A stretch of DNA of 32,000 nt. Origin: Candidatus Paracaedimonas acanthamoebae. GTDB lineage: Bacteria; Pseudomonadota; Alphaproteobacteria; Caedimonadales; Caedimonadaceae. Shown here one piece after another: positions 1 to 8,143 of the stretch (positions are counted from its first letter, which is position 1; every line of letters begins with the position of its first letter). A model generated the notes under the pieces. That model ran no database searches. It had not been told where the DNA came from and saw only the letters and a program-made list of their open reading frames with translations. A program made the translations under genes and the position numbers. The stretch lies in assembly GCA_000743035.1 (NCBI GenBank), contig CP008936.1, positions 810,001-842,000 on the forward strand, in the 5' to 3' direction.

Positions 1-1
1 T

Positions 2-1447
2 CGTTTAATCAGCATTAATGACTCCACAGCTCAACTTAGCTATTGTTATTTGCGGTTAGTTACATTTCTTATGATTATAGGCATTGCTCTTAGCGAACTT
101 ATTTTACTATTAAAAGGTCCTGTAATTTTTTACTCTTTTATTATTAAGGCAATGCTTTTTATCTCTTGCTTTAAAACATTATGGTTTATTTATGTAATTC
201 GAAATCGAGTAAGTCAATGGCTAGTACGTCAAGAACAAAGTATCAATCGCAACAGATTATTCTCCTCAACTGTTGCAAAAACTTGGCATGTATGGGCAAG
301 CTTGTATATGTGTCTCTTTGGAATCACAATTTTTTTTCAAAGAATTAACAATGTTAAAGCTGTTGCTTTTTCATTCATTGGTACGGCATTTCTAATTACT
401 GTTTCATATATTTTAGTCTTAAAAATTCCTAAGTTTGTACGAACTTTCATGGAACATGTAGCGTGTCATCTACCCTACGTAACCCCAAGAAAGAATTTTT
501 ATACTGTTTTTCTTTCCCTTCTGATTAGCCTAAGCATTGTCTTTAGTCTTCTTTTTTTATCATTAGAAATTTGGGATCTTGAAGTATTTGATTTCTTTTC
601 ACAAGTTGAGGGGTTACCTTCTGCATTTTTAAATATTTTATTAATTTTGCTCTTAAGTATTTTTGTATGGGAAACTAATGAGTACGTTATAGATCGTTTT
701 TTTAACCGTTCTACAAAACAACAAAAAGGTAGAGTCAGAAAGCAAAGGCTTTTAACGATTAAACCTCTCGTCCAAAATACCACCCGATTTATTTTATTTG
801 CACTTGTAGCTTTGATTATATTTGCTGAGTTTAACTTAGATATTACGCCTCTCTTGGCTGGTGTTGGTGTTATTGGTATTGCTTTCAGCTTTGGTAGTCA
901 ATCTTTAGTTAAAGACATTATCACGGGCATTTTTATCTTAGTTGAGGATACAATAAATGTCGGAGATATTGTTCAGATTGATGGTCAGAATGGGAATGTG
1001 GAAGCTATTTCTCTAAGAACAGTTCGGTTGCGCGATTCTGAAGGAAACTTACATACAATTCCGTTCAGTGGGATTACGAAAATTACTAACATGTCTAAGA
1101 ACTTCTCTTATTACCTTTTTCAAATAGGGCTTTCATACTCTGAAAATATAGATCATGCTTTTGAGGCTATGAAAGAAGTAGACCTAGAGATGTGTCATGA
1201 TATTAAGTACAGTACGATGATTTTAGAACCTTTAGAGATTATGGGAGTAGATAAATTTACTGAGACAGGCGTCATTCTACAAGCTCGCATTAAGACGCTT
1301 CCTGATAAAAGCCGCTGGATTGTGGGACGAGAGTTTAACCGTCGTTTAAAAGATAAATTTGATCAAAAAAGTATTGAATTTGCTTATGAATATAGAGGAT
1401 ATGAGTTGCTATCTACACAAGCAATATCATCAGTATCAAAAGTTTAA
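2..1447 (+). CDS. MscS-family mechanosensitive ion channel (5'-partial; the reading frame is open to the left window edge)
   Basis: Multiple N-terminal hydrophobic segments are followed by the MscS core GSQSLVKDIITGIFILVEDTINVGDIVQIDGQNGNVEAISLRTVRLRDSEGNLHTIPFS. The frame of the listed ORF (TTG at 50) has no stop back to nt 2, so the gene probably starts upstream of the window. Confidence 0.85.
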   Translation, partial: RLISINDSTAQLSYCYLRLVTFLMIIGIALSELILLLKGPVIFYSFIIKAMLFISCFKTLWFIYVIRNRVSQWLVRQEQSINRNRLFSSTVAKTWHVWASLYMCLFGITIFFQRINNVKAVAFSFIGTAFLITVSYILVLKIPKFVRTFMEHVACHLPYVTPRKNFYTVFLSLLISLSIVFSLLFLSLEIWDLEVFDFFSQVEGLPSAFLNILLILLLSIFVWETNEYVIDRFFNRSTKQQKGRVRKQRLLTIKPLVQNTTRFILFALVALIIFAEFNLDITPLLAGVGVIGIAFSFGSQSLVKDIITGIFILVEDTINVGDIVQIDGQNGNVEAISLRTVRLRDSEGNLHTIPFSGITKITNMSKNFSYYLFQIGLSYSENIDHAFEAMKEVDLEMCHDIKYSTMILEPLEIMGVDKFTETGVILQARIKTLPDKSRWIVGREFNRRLKDKFDQKSIEFAYEYRGYELLSTQAISSVSKV

Positions 1448-2892
1448 TCTCGCCAAAATTTAGGGCTAAAAAGAATTAATATCGTGATGTATTCTAACCG
1501 CCCAACAAGCATACCGAACATTAAAAGCCATTTTGCGCCTGTAGGTAAAGCAGCGTAAGTCCCTGTATCTCCTAAAATATCTCCAAAACCAGTTCCCATA
1601 TTATTGAGGACACTTAGGGCTGCAAAAAGACAAGTTAATAAGTCTAATTCAAATAAAGAGAGTGCGAGTGCAAGCGCTCCTAAACAGGCTACAAATAGTG
1701 CAAAAAAAGTAAAAACGGATAAAAAAATCCCTTCAGGAATAGGTTTGCCATTATACATAGGAATAAAAACGCCATGAGGTCGCCTTAACTGAAGGATTTG
1801 AGTTTTTACAGTGGCGTACATCACGTGAAAACGAAAAATCTTTATGCCTCCCGATGTTGACCCTGTACACCCTCCTATTACTGAAAGAGCTAGCATAATC
1901 ATGATCGGGAAATTACCCCATAAAGAATAATCTTGAGAATTAAAACCAGTAGTTGTCAAAATGGATGTCACGTTAAAAATTGAATGCCTTAAAGCATACA
2001 TAAGCTCATGACCATCTTGCCAAAGCCAAAAAGTCGTGGCTAAACTTGCAATAATAAGAATTTTAAATAGTGTACGTACTTGATTATCTTTGAAGAGAGT
2101 TTTTGCCTCTCCTTGGATACATCTAACAAAAAGAGTTAATGTAATTGCTCCCATAATCATAAAGATAATTAAAACTATTTCAATATAAGGATCATTAAAA
2201 TACTCAATTGAAGCTTCGAAAGTTGAGAAGCCGCCTGTCGAAACGGTGGAGAGAGCGTGACAAAAAGCATGAAAGAAAGTCATTCCTGCCCACCATAATG
2301 CTAGTGTACATGCAAATGTAAGGAAAATGTAAGTTCCAAAAATTGCAGATGCAATTTGTGAAACTTTGGGAAGTATTTTTTCAGAACGATCCGAAAATTC
2401 ACTCCGAAACAGCTGCATTCCACCGATTCTTAAAAGAGGTAAAATTGTAAGCGCCATTAAAACAATTCCTATTCCTCCAAACCATTGGAGCAATGAGCGC
2501 CATAAAATAATACCGTGAGACGCATAGTCTAAACGAACAATTGCTGTTGCTCCAGTGGTTGTTAGCCCAGAGATTGCTTCAAAGAAAGAATCGGTTAAAG
2601 AAGGCGTACTATAAGTAAAAATAAAAGGAAGTGCCGCAAAAATTGAAGTTGTTAGCCAATTTATTGCTGTCAGAAGAAAAGTATCTCTCACCGTAAGATT
2701 TTGTATTTTTTGAGAGCGGTTTGCTAGTACCAAAAGTAAACCTATAAAGAGCGTAACACCTGAAGCGAGTGCAAATGCTTGCCAATTAATATCATGATGA
2801 AAAAAATCTACAAGCCCAGGCCCAACCATTCCTAATGCAAGAGAAATAAGAAAAAGGCCAGATGTAAAAAAAATGGGCTGAAATGCGATCAT
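1444..2892 (-). CDS. trkH: Trk-type potassium uptake membrane protein TrkH
   Basis: 482-aa polytopic protein with repeated pore-loop motifs (GLTTTGAT, STVSTGGFST, ILTTTGFN, GGCTGSTSGGIKIFR) typical of TrkH/KtrB. Its stop overlaps the convergent MscS stop by 4 nt. Confidence 0.9.
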   Translation of the reverse strand: MIAFQPIFFTSGLFLISLALGMVGPGLVDFFHHDINWQAFALASGVTLFIGLLLVLANRSQKIQNLTVRDTFLLTAINWLTTSIFAALPFIFTYSTPSLTDSFFEAISGLTTTGATAIVRLDYASHGIILWRSLLQWFGGIGIVLMALTILPLLRIGGMQLFRSEFSDRSEKILPKVSQIASAIFGTYIFLTFACTLALWWAGMTFFHAFCHALSTVSTGGFSTFEASIEYFNDPYIEIVLIIFMIMGAITLTLFVRCIQGEAKTLFKDNQVRTLFKILIIASLATTFWLWQDGHELMYALRHSIFNVTSILTTTGFNSQDYSLWGNFPIMIMLALSVIGGCTGSTSGGIKIFRFHVMYATVKTQILQLRRPHGVFIPMYNGKPIPEGIFLSVFTFFALFVACLGALALALSLFELDLLTCLFAALSVLNNMGTGFGDILGDTGTYAALPTGAKWLLMFGMLVGRLEYITILILFSPKFWRD

Positions 2893-2977
2893 TTTTAAAC
2901 TTCACTTATAATGTCATTTTCCCCTTTATACTGTAAAAAAAGAAAGTTAAGCTATGAAATTTAAAATATTTTATATT

Positions 2978-3055
2978 TGGGGCGAACGATGGGGCTTGAA
3001 CCCACGACCTTCGGTACCACAAACCGACGCTCTAACCAACTGAGCTACGTTCGCC
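2978..3055 (-). tRNA. tRNA-His (anticodon GTG) with encoded G-1 and 3' CCA
   Basis: The reverse complement folds as a cloverleaf: G-1, acceptor GCGAACG/CGTTCGC, D arm GCTC-AGTTGGTTA-GAGC, anticodon arm TCGGT-TTGTGGT-ACCGA, T arm GTGGG-TTCAAGC-CCCAT, then C73 and CCA. Confidence 0.95.
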
Positions 3056-3206
3056 ATAGGGCCTGTTGTAAATATTTTAAGGAAGAACGTCAAGGAAAAT
3101 AGGGGAAATAAGAATAATTAATTAGAATTAATTAGGCGATCTTTTTCTTGAGTCTGGTAAACGTATCGATTATCTTCACTTACAACTAAATTTAAAGAAT
3201 AAATTT

Positions 3207-3296
3207 GGAGGGGTGCCAGAGTGGTTGAATGGGGCGGTCTCGAAAACCGTTGTGCGCGTAAGTGTACCGAGGGTTCGAATCCCTCTCCCTCCGCCA
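3207..3296 (+). tRNA. tRNA-Ser (anticodon CGA), class II with long variable arm, encoded CCA
   Basis: Acceptor GGAGGGG/TCCCTCC, anticodon stem-loop GCGGT-CTCGAAA-ACCGT, long variable arm (TGTGCGCGTAAGTGTAC), T arm GAGGG-TTCGAAT-CCCTC, then G73 and CCA. Confidence 0.95.
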
Positions 3297-3433
3297 AGAT
3301 TCAGATGGTTTATATAAAACAGGCGCTGTGAATATCACTTTCAAGTCGAGGTTAACGATGTGATCTCATCCTATGGATGATTAAAGCCCGTGGAGGGATC
3401 TCAGCATCATTCGTGTAAAAAGGTATGGTCTGG

Positions 3434-4390
3434 CTAAATGGCTAAGTTTTTTGGTAATAAGGGATTAATAGCCATTTGGTGTAAACTATCTATCCACTGA
3501 TTTTTGGTCTCGCCTCTAGGTCCAGTTGGTAAGGTCCATTTATTTTTGCAGTTTAGGTAAATCTCTAAGCTTTTCATATTAGCAAGGTAGTAAAGGCTTT
3601 GTATATTTATAGGTAAAAGTAATTGGTAACCTTCTAGAAAGGCTTTTAACTTATATTCCCAATCTTTAAAGGGAGAACCAAATAACTCTAAAAAAGGCAT
3701 AATAATGTCTAAGCCATACCAATGGTAAGTTACCTCATCAAAATCGATAAAGTAAGTATCCGTACCATCATAAAAAACGTTTTGACATTGATGATCCCCA
3801 TGTATCAATCCCAATGATTCAATATTAAAATGATGGAAATTTAACCATGAGTCTATTTCTTTATACTTTTCTTTAACGTCATTACTTTCTTTTTCAATAT
3901 AGGTTTCAATTTCTTTCCAAGAATCCTGCCAGCTTTTAAAATAAGATTTCTTATTGGATGTAACATTTTGAAGCTCTTTATGAAGTTGGGCAAGCGATTT
4001 TCCCCAGTGTTTATAGTATTCTGGCTCTATATAACTAAAGTTCCTCTTGCTACCTGGAACTCCTTCGATAAGGTGAAGAATGTACGTTCCTCTTTCTTGA
4101 TAGATTTTTTCAATATATGAACCAGTTAGAGACAATATAGGCTGAGCAACATGGACTTTATTATTAAATAAGTAACTTTGAAGCTCAAGAGAGTTGGATA
4201 TATTATTAAATATTTGTTCACTGTAAGGAGAAATTCTTAGGAATAAGCTTCTTTGAGGCGTATCAAAGCGATAAACAATATTTATTTCTTCGCTTATTAA
4301 TTTTGATGAACTGTAATCAATTGCCCACAGCCTTATTGCCGTCTGTAAAGAATTTTCTTGATTAATCTCTTTAAGCCTTTTATTCCACAT
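3434..4390 (-). CDS. Phosphotransferase of the APH/choline-kinase-like (protein kinase fold) family; substrate unknown
   Basis: The 318-aa ORF carries the family catalytic and metal-binding signature LIHGDHQCQNVFYDGTDTYFIDFDE (HGDxxxxN ... DFD). Confidence 0.7.
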   Translation of the reverse strand: MWNKRLKEINQENSLQTAIRLWAIDYSSSKLISEEINIVYRFDTPQRSLFLRISPYSEQIFNNISNSLELQSYLFNNKVHVAQPILSLTGSYIEKIYQERGTYILHLIEGVPGSKRNFSYIEPEYYKHWGKSLAQLHKELQNVTSNKKSYFKSWQDSWKEIETYIEKESNDVKEKYKEIDSWLNFHHFNIESLGLIHGDHQCQNVFYDGTDTYFIDFDEVTYHWYGLDIIMPFLELFGSPFKDWEYKLKAFLEGYQLLLPINIQSLYYLANMKSLEIYLNCKNKWTLPTGPRGETKNQWIDSLHQMAINPLLPKNLAI

Positions 4391-4528
4391 GCAATCCTAC
4401 CCATTTATCATTCGTCCTTAATAGCTCAGATAACGAATTTATGATACATCCAACGCCAAAGATCTTCATCTTTTTCCTAAAAAATGGCATATTTTATAAA
4501 ATCATTTCTGTTAAGAATTAATATTACG

Positions 4529-4652
4529 ATGACCCTACCTATTTCAAATATTGAATCTCATCTTCTTTATCGTGATGCAATGATATTGGTTTTGAATAAA
4601 CCTGCTGGCATTGCTGTCCATGCAGGAGCTAAAAAAAATGATAGCCTTGATG
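4529..4652 (+). CDS. RluA-family pseudouridine synthase, exon 1 (interrupted by a group II intron)
   Basis: MTLPISNIESHLLYRDAMILVLNKPAGIAVHAGAKKNDSLD matches the N-terminal (Y/E)D..(L/V).KP.G..VH block of short RluA-type synthases. It then runs into GC-rich intron sequence and a stop at 4676-4678. The start could instead be the ATG at 4484. The exon end is inferred to within a few nt. Confidence 0.7.
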
Positions 4653-5179
4653 GCGCGCCACGAAGGCCGCCTTTCTAGTGGGTGAAAGTCCCACCCTGGC
4701 AATTGGCCTGTTTGGCCAGGTAGCGAGGAGTGCACCTGTAGGGAGTAATTCTTGCAGGTGAAGCCACTCGACAACAGCTCTGTAAGGAGCTACGCAAACT
4801 GCGGGCCGTACGAAAGGGAACCTACATGTAGCGCCGTGAAGGTCGTACCAGAGCAATCTGGGAAATGGAGATGCTGAGCCTCTCGTCTAGCGGGTGAAAG
4901 CTGTAGAATGACGGGAAAAAAAACAGGTGAATAACCGTCATTCATCTCCCGGCGTAGCAGGGACGGCACGTAGGAAAGAAAGGAGGAGAAACGTGGGAGA
5001 TCCTGCATGGTCTTTAAGTTCCAAAAGTAAGAAAAGATATAAGGCAAAAGCTGAAGTTCTTTCCAATGCTATGCAGGAAGTCGTGAAGATAGTAGTAGTG
5101 ATGATGGGAAGGACAACAAAACCTTGCCGGAGCGAAGGATCTTCAGTTTCGTTATGTTTACAAAGCAGGGAAGAATGCC

Positions 5180-6481
5180 ATGATTCCGAAAGGTAGTAAC
5201 ATGGTGCAAATTGTTCGAGAACTGCAGAGGAAACTTTATCGATCTGCCAAGTCTAATCCTAAATGCAGCTTCTACACCCTTCATGACAAAATCTACAGAT
5301 GGGACGTTCTTGTATGTGCATGGAAGCAAGTTTGTGCAAATCAAGGGGCACCAGGTATTGATGGAACGACAATAGAGCAAATAAAAGAACAAGGGGAAGA
5401 AGAGTTTCTTCGGCAAGTTCAGAAAGAACTGAAAGAAGGAACTTATCGCAGTAAGAAGACTAAGCGAGTAGAAATACCCAAACCCAAAGGTGGTATTAGA
5501 ATTTTGGGTGTACCCACGATAAAGGACCGCTTAGTACAAACTGCAACCCGTCTTATTATTGAGCCTATCTTTGAAGCAGACTTTCAAGAATGCTCCTTTG
5601 GGTTCCGGCCTAAAAGGTCAGCAGTTCATGCAAGTCTGGAGATATATAAATGGCTTAATTATGGGCTAACCCAGATCTTGGATATTGATTTAAAGCATTA
5701 TTTTGACTCAATCCCTCACGATAAGCTAATGAAGGTTATTCAGAAGCGAATCAGTGATAACTTTGTTCTAAAGTTGATCAAAGCCTGGCTTCGTTCAGGA
5801 GTCCTTAAGAGCGATGGAGTTATTATCCGGGAACAAGGAGCTCCTCAAGGTTCTCCGCTTTCACCCTTACTCTCTAATATATATCTCAACTTATTAGATA
5901 AAGTATGGACAAAGAGGATGACCAAAAGGAATGGCTGGAATGCACAGATCGTCCGCTATGCGGACGATCTAGTCGTTCTCTCGGATAAGTCAGTTGAAAA
6001 GGTGCTAGAGAAACTGCAAGAATACTTGCAGCGCTTGGATCTTACGATCAATGCAGAAAAGAGTCGGATAACGACAGCGGAGTCAGGGTTTAACTTCTTG
6101 GGATATGCCTTTAAAAGAGGATACTCTCCAAGATATCAGAAACTCGTCACTCACATGTATCCTACCCCTGATGCGATAAAGAGGATCATAAGGAAAGTTA
6201 CTCAGCTGACCTATCGAAGTCGATTACATGAACCTGTTGAAATTATCGTTAAAGATCTGAAAGCATCCTTACTCGGGTGGACAGAATATTATCGCCATAC
6301 CGCTAGCGCAAGGAGATTTAGGAAAGTCCAACAGCATGCAAATAGATGCCTCAGAAGATTTATCATGAAGAAGAAAGGAAGTAGAAAGAACGGGTACAAG
6401 GAACTACCCGACGAGAGACTCTATAAGATCCACAAGTTGGTTAATGTAGGCGTATCTCGGGTGCAATACAGATGGGCGTAA
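5180..6481 (+). CDS. Group II intron-encoded reverse transcriptase/maturase (no HNH endonuclease domain)
   Basis: N-terminal DKIYRWDVLVCAWKQVCANQGAPGIDG, RT blocks RILGVPTIKDRLVQ, FGFRPKRSA, LDIDLKHYFDSIPH, QGAPQGSPLSPLLSNIYL and the YADD catalytic box (IVRYADDLVVL), then a maturase-X-like LLGWTEYYRH. The protein ends about 60 aa later without Cys/His HNH motifs. Confidence 0.95.
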   Translation: MIPKGSNMVQIVRELQRKLYRSAKSNPKCSFYTLHDKIYRWDVLVCAWKQVCANQGAPGIDGTTIEQIKEQGEEEFLRQVQKELKEGTYRSKKTKRVEIPKPKGGIRILGVPTIKDRLVQTATRLIIEPIFEADFQECSFGFRPKRSAVHASLEIYKWLNYGLTQILDIDLKHYFDSIPHDKLMKVIQKRISDNFVLKLIKAWLRSGVLKSDGVIIREQGAPQGSPLSPLLSNIYLNLLDKVWTKRMTKRNGWNAQIVRYADDLVVLSDKSVEKVLEKLQEYLQRLDLTINAEKSRITTAESGFNFLGYAFKRGYSPRYQKLVTHMYPTPDAIKRIIRKVTQLTYRSRLHEPVEIIVKDLKASLLGWTEYYRHTASARRFRKVQQHANRCLRRFIMKKKGSRKNGYKELPDERLYKIHKLVNVGVSRVQYRWA

Positions 6482-6504
6482 TTCAGACGAAGAAAACGAT
6501 CCGT

Positions 6505-6537
6505 GCGCCGTATGAGGGAAAACCTCACGTACGGTGC
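6505..6537 (+). other. Group II intron domain V (catalytic hairpin)
   Basis: GCGCCGUAU-GAGG-GAAAA-CCUC-AC-GUACGGUGC: a nine-pair lower helix (includes G-U pairs), a 2-nt AC bulge on the 3' strand, a 4-bp upper helix and a GAAA-type loop. The conserved CCGUAU...ACGUACGG signature is present. The catalytic triad position reads CGC rather than AGC. Confidence 0.8.
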
Positions 6538-6652
6538 GACGAGGGGGTGCTGGAAACGGGAAGATGGAAAGGTCTACACGGGCACGGAGCTGGAAACAGC
6601 GGATACAGACAAGATCAATCCTGCACTTTACCGCGCCAGCGCTCTACTCTAC

Positions 6653-7203
6653 CTTATTTTGAAGAACTCAAATTTGGGTTACCACGACTCCCTGCCCTCG
6701 CCCATCGCCTTGATAAAGATACAAGCGGCTGTTTAGTATTGGGACGACATCCTGAAGCTTTACGGCGTCTGGGGCATCTTTTTCAAACCAATCAAGTCCA
6801 AAAAACATATTGGGCTATTGTAAAGGGACATCTTGTTAAAAAAGAGGGCACTATTGACCTTCCTTTAGCCCCTCAATCCCAAAAGAAATATCATTGGTGG
6901 ATGAAAGTCGATCCACAAGGTAAACCTGCTGTAACTGATTTTAAAGTTCTCGGAGAAACAAAAGATGCATCTTGGCTTGAGCTCAAACCCAAAACAGGGC
7001 GCACTCATCAGCTTCGTGTTCATTGTGCGGCTATAGGAAATCCCATCCTTGGAGATCGCATATATGGCGAGCCTGAAGAGATAACACAGCTCCATTTACA
7101 TGCCTATTCTATTGAGGTTCCTCTTTATTACAAGAAGCTACCTATAGAAATTAAAGCCCCCTCTCCCTCGTATATAGACACTTATATCAGTAAGTTTATT
7201 TAA
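6653..7203 (+). CDS. RluA-family pseudouridine synthase, exon 2
   Basis: YFEELKFGLPRLPALAHRLDKDTSGCLVLGRHPEAL contains the catalytic-Asp motif HRLDxxTSG. Downstream come KTYWAIVKG, KPKTGRTHQLRVHCAAIGNPILGDRIYG, typical of the RluA/RluC/RluD superfamily. The first ~60 codons of the listed ORF 6472..7203 are read-through of intron RNA. Confidence 0.85.
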
Positions 7204-8143
7204 GAATATTTATTTCTTGTAATTGATTATCAACATATAAGACGCGCGCCAAGGTATCCATAAGAATGCCAATCGTAATATCAATATCTTGGTCATTAAT
7301 ATCAAATGACCTCCCCACCCCTTCAACATCAAAAAATGTGTTAAATCCTGCCTTTAAGATTCCTAAATCAGTGACATCCTTCTGATATTGGATATAGGGA
7401 TTATTAGAAATCATTAAGACTTTTTTATGAGTTTTGGGAACGATTCCTTGAAGCCAAAGTTGAACGCAATCCATAGTTTGTGCTCTGGCTGAATCTTGTT
7501 GTTTTATTGCTTCTATGAAGATTGGTTTTTTTTCTCTAAGAGATAATGGTAATTGAAGTTGACCCCAAATTAACTTAGAGGCTTCACGTTCATCGTGCGG
7601 TAGAATTTTAGGTATACGCCAATGAGGATCTTTTAAATAAGGAGAAGGATTTAAAAGTATATCTTTGGTTTCCATTGAAAATAAAGGCCTTTCCCCCACC
7701 AAAAAAATGATCTGGGTTTCAGGTTTTAAGAGGATAATCCCTTCTTCAATATTTTTTGCAAGAAACATAAGCCTTTCCCGCATATTAGGGACCGTCGATC
7801 CTTGGATAAGAATAATATCTGGGCTCGTATTCCTTTTTGGGTAGATGGATGTAATATATCCAAGGTTGTAAAAGAGGTTAATAATTTGTTTCTTCTGTTC
7901 GCTTGATAGCCCAGAACATAGTTTTTTATAATGTTGAATGGCTTCGTTTGACATCCTTTCAGCATTCTTAGGACGTAAAAAATGCTTCTGAGCTAAAGTA
8001 TTCAGCTCTTGCACTGTTGCTTTTTTTTCTTCAAAAATTTTCGCAAGTTGTGCTTCAGGAAGATGATGCGGTGAATTATTTAAAACATAACTGAAAAAAC
8101 AGAATATTTTTATAATTTCTTGCATAAAAATGACCTTCTTCAA
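7196..8143 (-). CDS. Hypothetical protein (possibly a DUF218/YdcF-like fold; function unknown)
   Basis: A 315-aa ORF with host-like AT-rich composition. The pattern DIILIQGSTVPNMRERLMFLAKNIEEG...IIFLVGERPL...EREASKLIW...ARAQTMDCVQLWLQ...KKVLMISNNPYIQYQ loosely resembles the DUF218 layout. No catalytic motif was recognised with certainty. Confidence 0.55.
   Translation of the reverse strand: MKKVIFMQEIIKIFCFFSYVLNNSPHHLPEAQLAKIFEEKKATVQELNTLAQKHFLRPKNAERMSNEAIQHYKKLCSGLSSEQKKQIINLFYNLGYITSIYPKRNTSPDIILIQGSTVPNMRERLMFLAKNIEEGIILLKPETQIIFLVGERPLFSMETKDILLNPSPYLKDPHWRIPKILPHDEREASKLIWGQLQLPLSLREKKPIFIEAIKQQDSARAQTMDCVQLWLQGIVPKTHKKVLMISNNPYIQYQKDVTDLGILKAGFNTFFDVEGVGRSFDINDQDIDITIGILMDTLARVLYVDNQLQEINILK

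Larger units (their letters stand above)
4653..6652 (+). mobile_element. Group II intron (ORF-containing, En-minus IEP), inserted in sense orientation in the RluA-family gene
   Basis: A block of about 2.0 kb, visibly more GC-rich than its flanks, separates two halves of one conserved protein. About 530 nt of non-coding, structure-like sequence precede the RT ORF (domains I-III plus part of IV). The RT/maturase ORF lies at the domain IV position and a canonical domain V follows at 6505-6537. The proposed boundaries (5' GCGCG at 4653, 3' ...CUAC at 6652) keep the exons in frame (SLD-A-YFEEL) but are not verified. Confidence 0.85.

Noticed and set aside
499-783. Antisense or embedded ORFs throughout the track (for example 499..783, 7726..7965, 10373..10612, 10779..11003, 11693..11878, 12382..12573, 14153..14347, 16140..16499, 16500..16727, 17654..18013, 26450..26770, 26822..27058, 27104..27310, 28582..28767, 28953..29258, 30889..31286, 31616..31804)
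   Set aside because: Each lies entirely within, and opposite to or out of frame with, a longer ORF that has strong family motifs. Their translations are low-complexity and show no recognisable motifs.
4680-4700. A GGGUGAAAGUCCCACC motif reminiscent of the RNase P RNA GAAAGUCC element
   Set aside because: It is only a short match and it lies inside the intron 5' region. No surrounding RNase P architecture is present.
4544-5416. Several 75-115-aa ORFs on both strands (4544..4774, 4629..4856, 4790..5047, 4927..5196, 5069..5416) upstream of the RT gene
   Set aside because: They lie in the GC-rich ribozyme portion (domains I-III) of the group II intron, overlap each other, and have Arg/Pro/Gly-rich low-complexity translations. 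They are best explained as chance ORFs in structured RNA.
5180-6481. The possibility that the reverse transcriptase belongs to a retron, DGR or Abi-type defence RT
   Set aside because: A maturase X-like domain, a canonical domain V hairpin 23 nt downstream, and the location inside a split host gene all point to a group II intron IEP. No msr/msd-like repeats or DGR template/variable repeat pair were seen.
6472-6651. The N-terminal ~60 codons of listed ORF 6472..7203 (MGVIQTKKTIRAPYEGKPHV...), and ORF 6503..6736
   Set aside because: This part covers intron domain V and the 3' tail, and its composition differs from the host's. Protein-family similarity begins only at YFEELKFGLPR, so it was treated as intron read-through rather than coding sequence.
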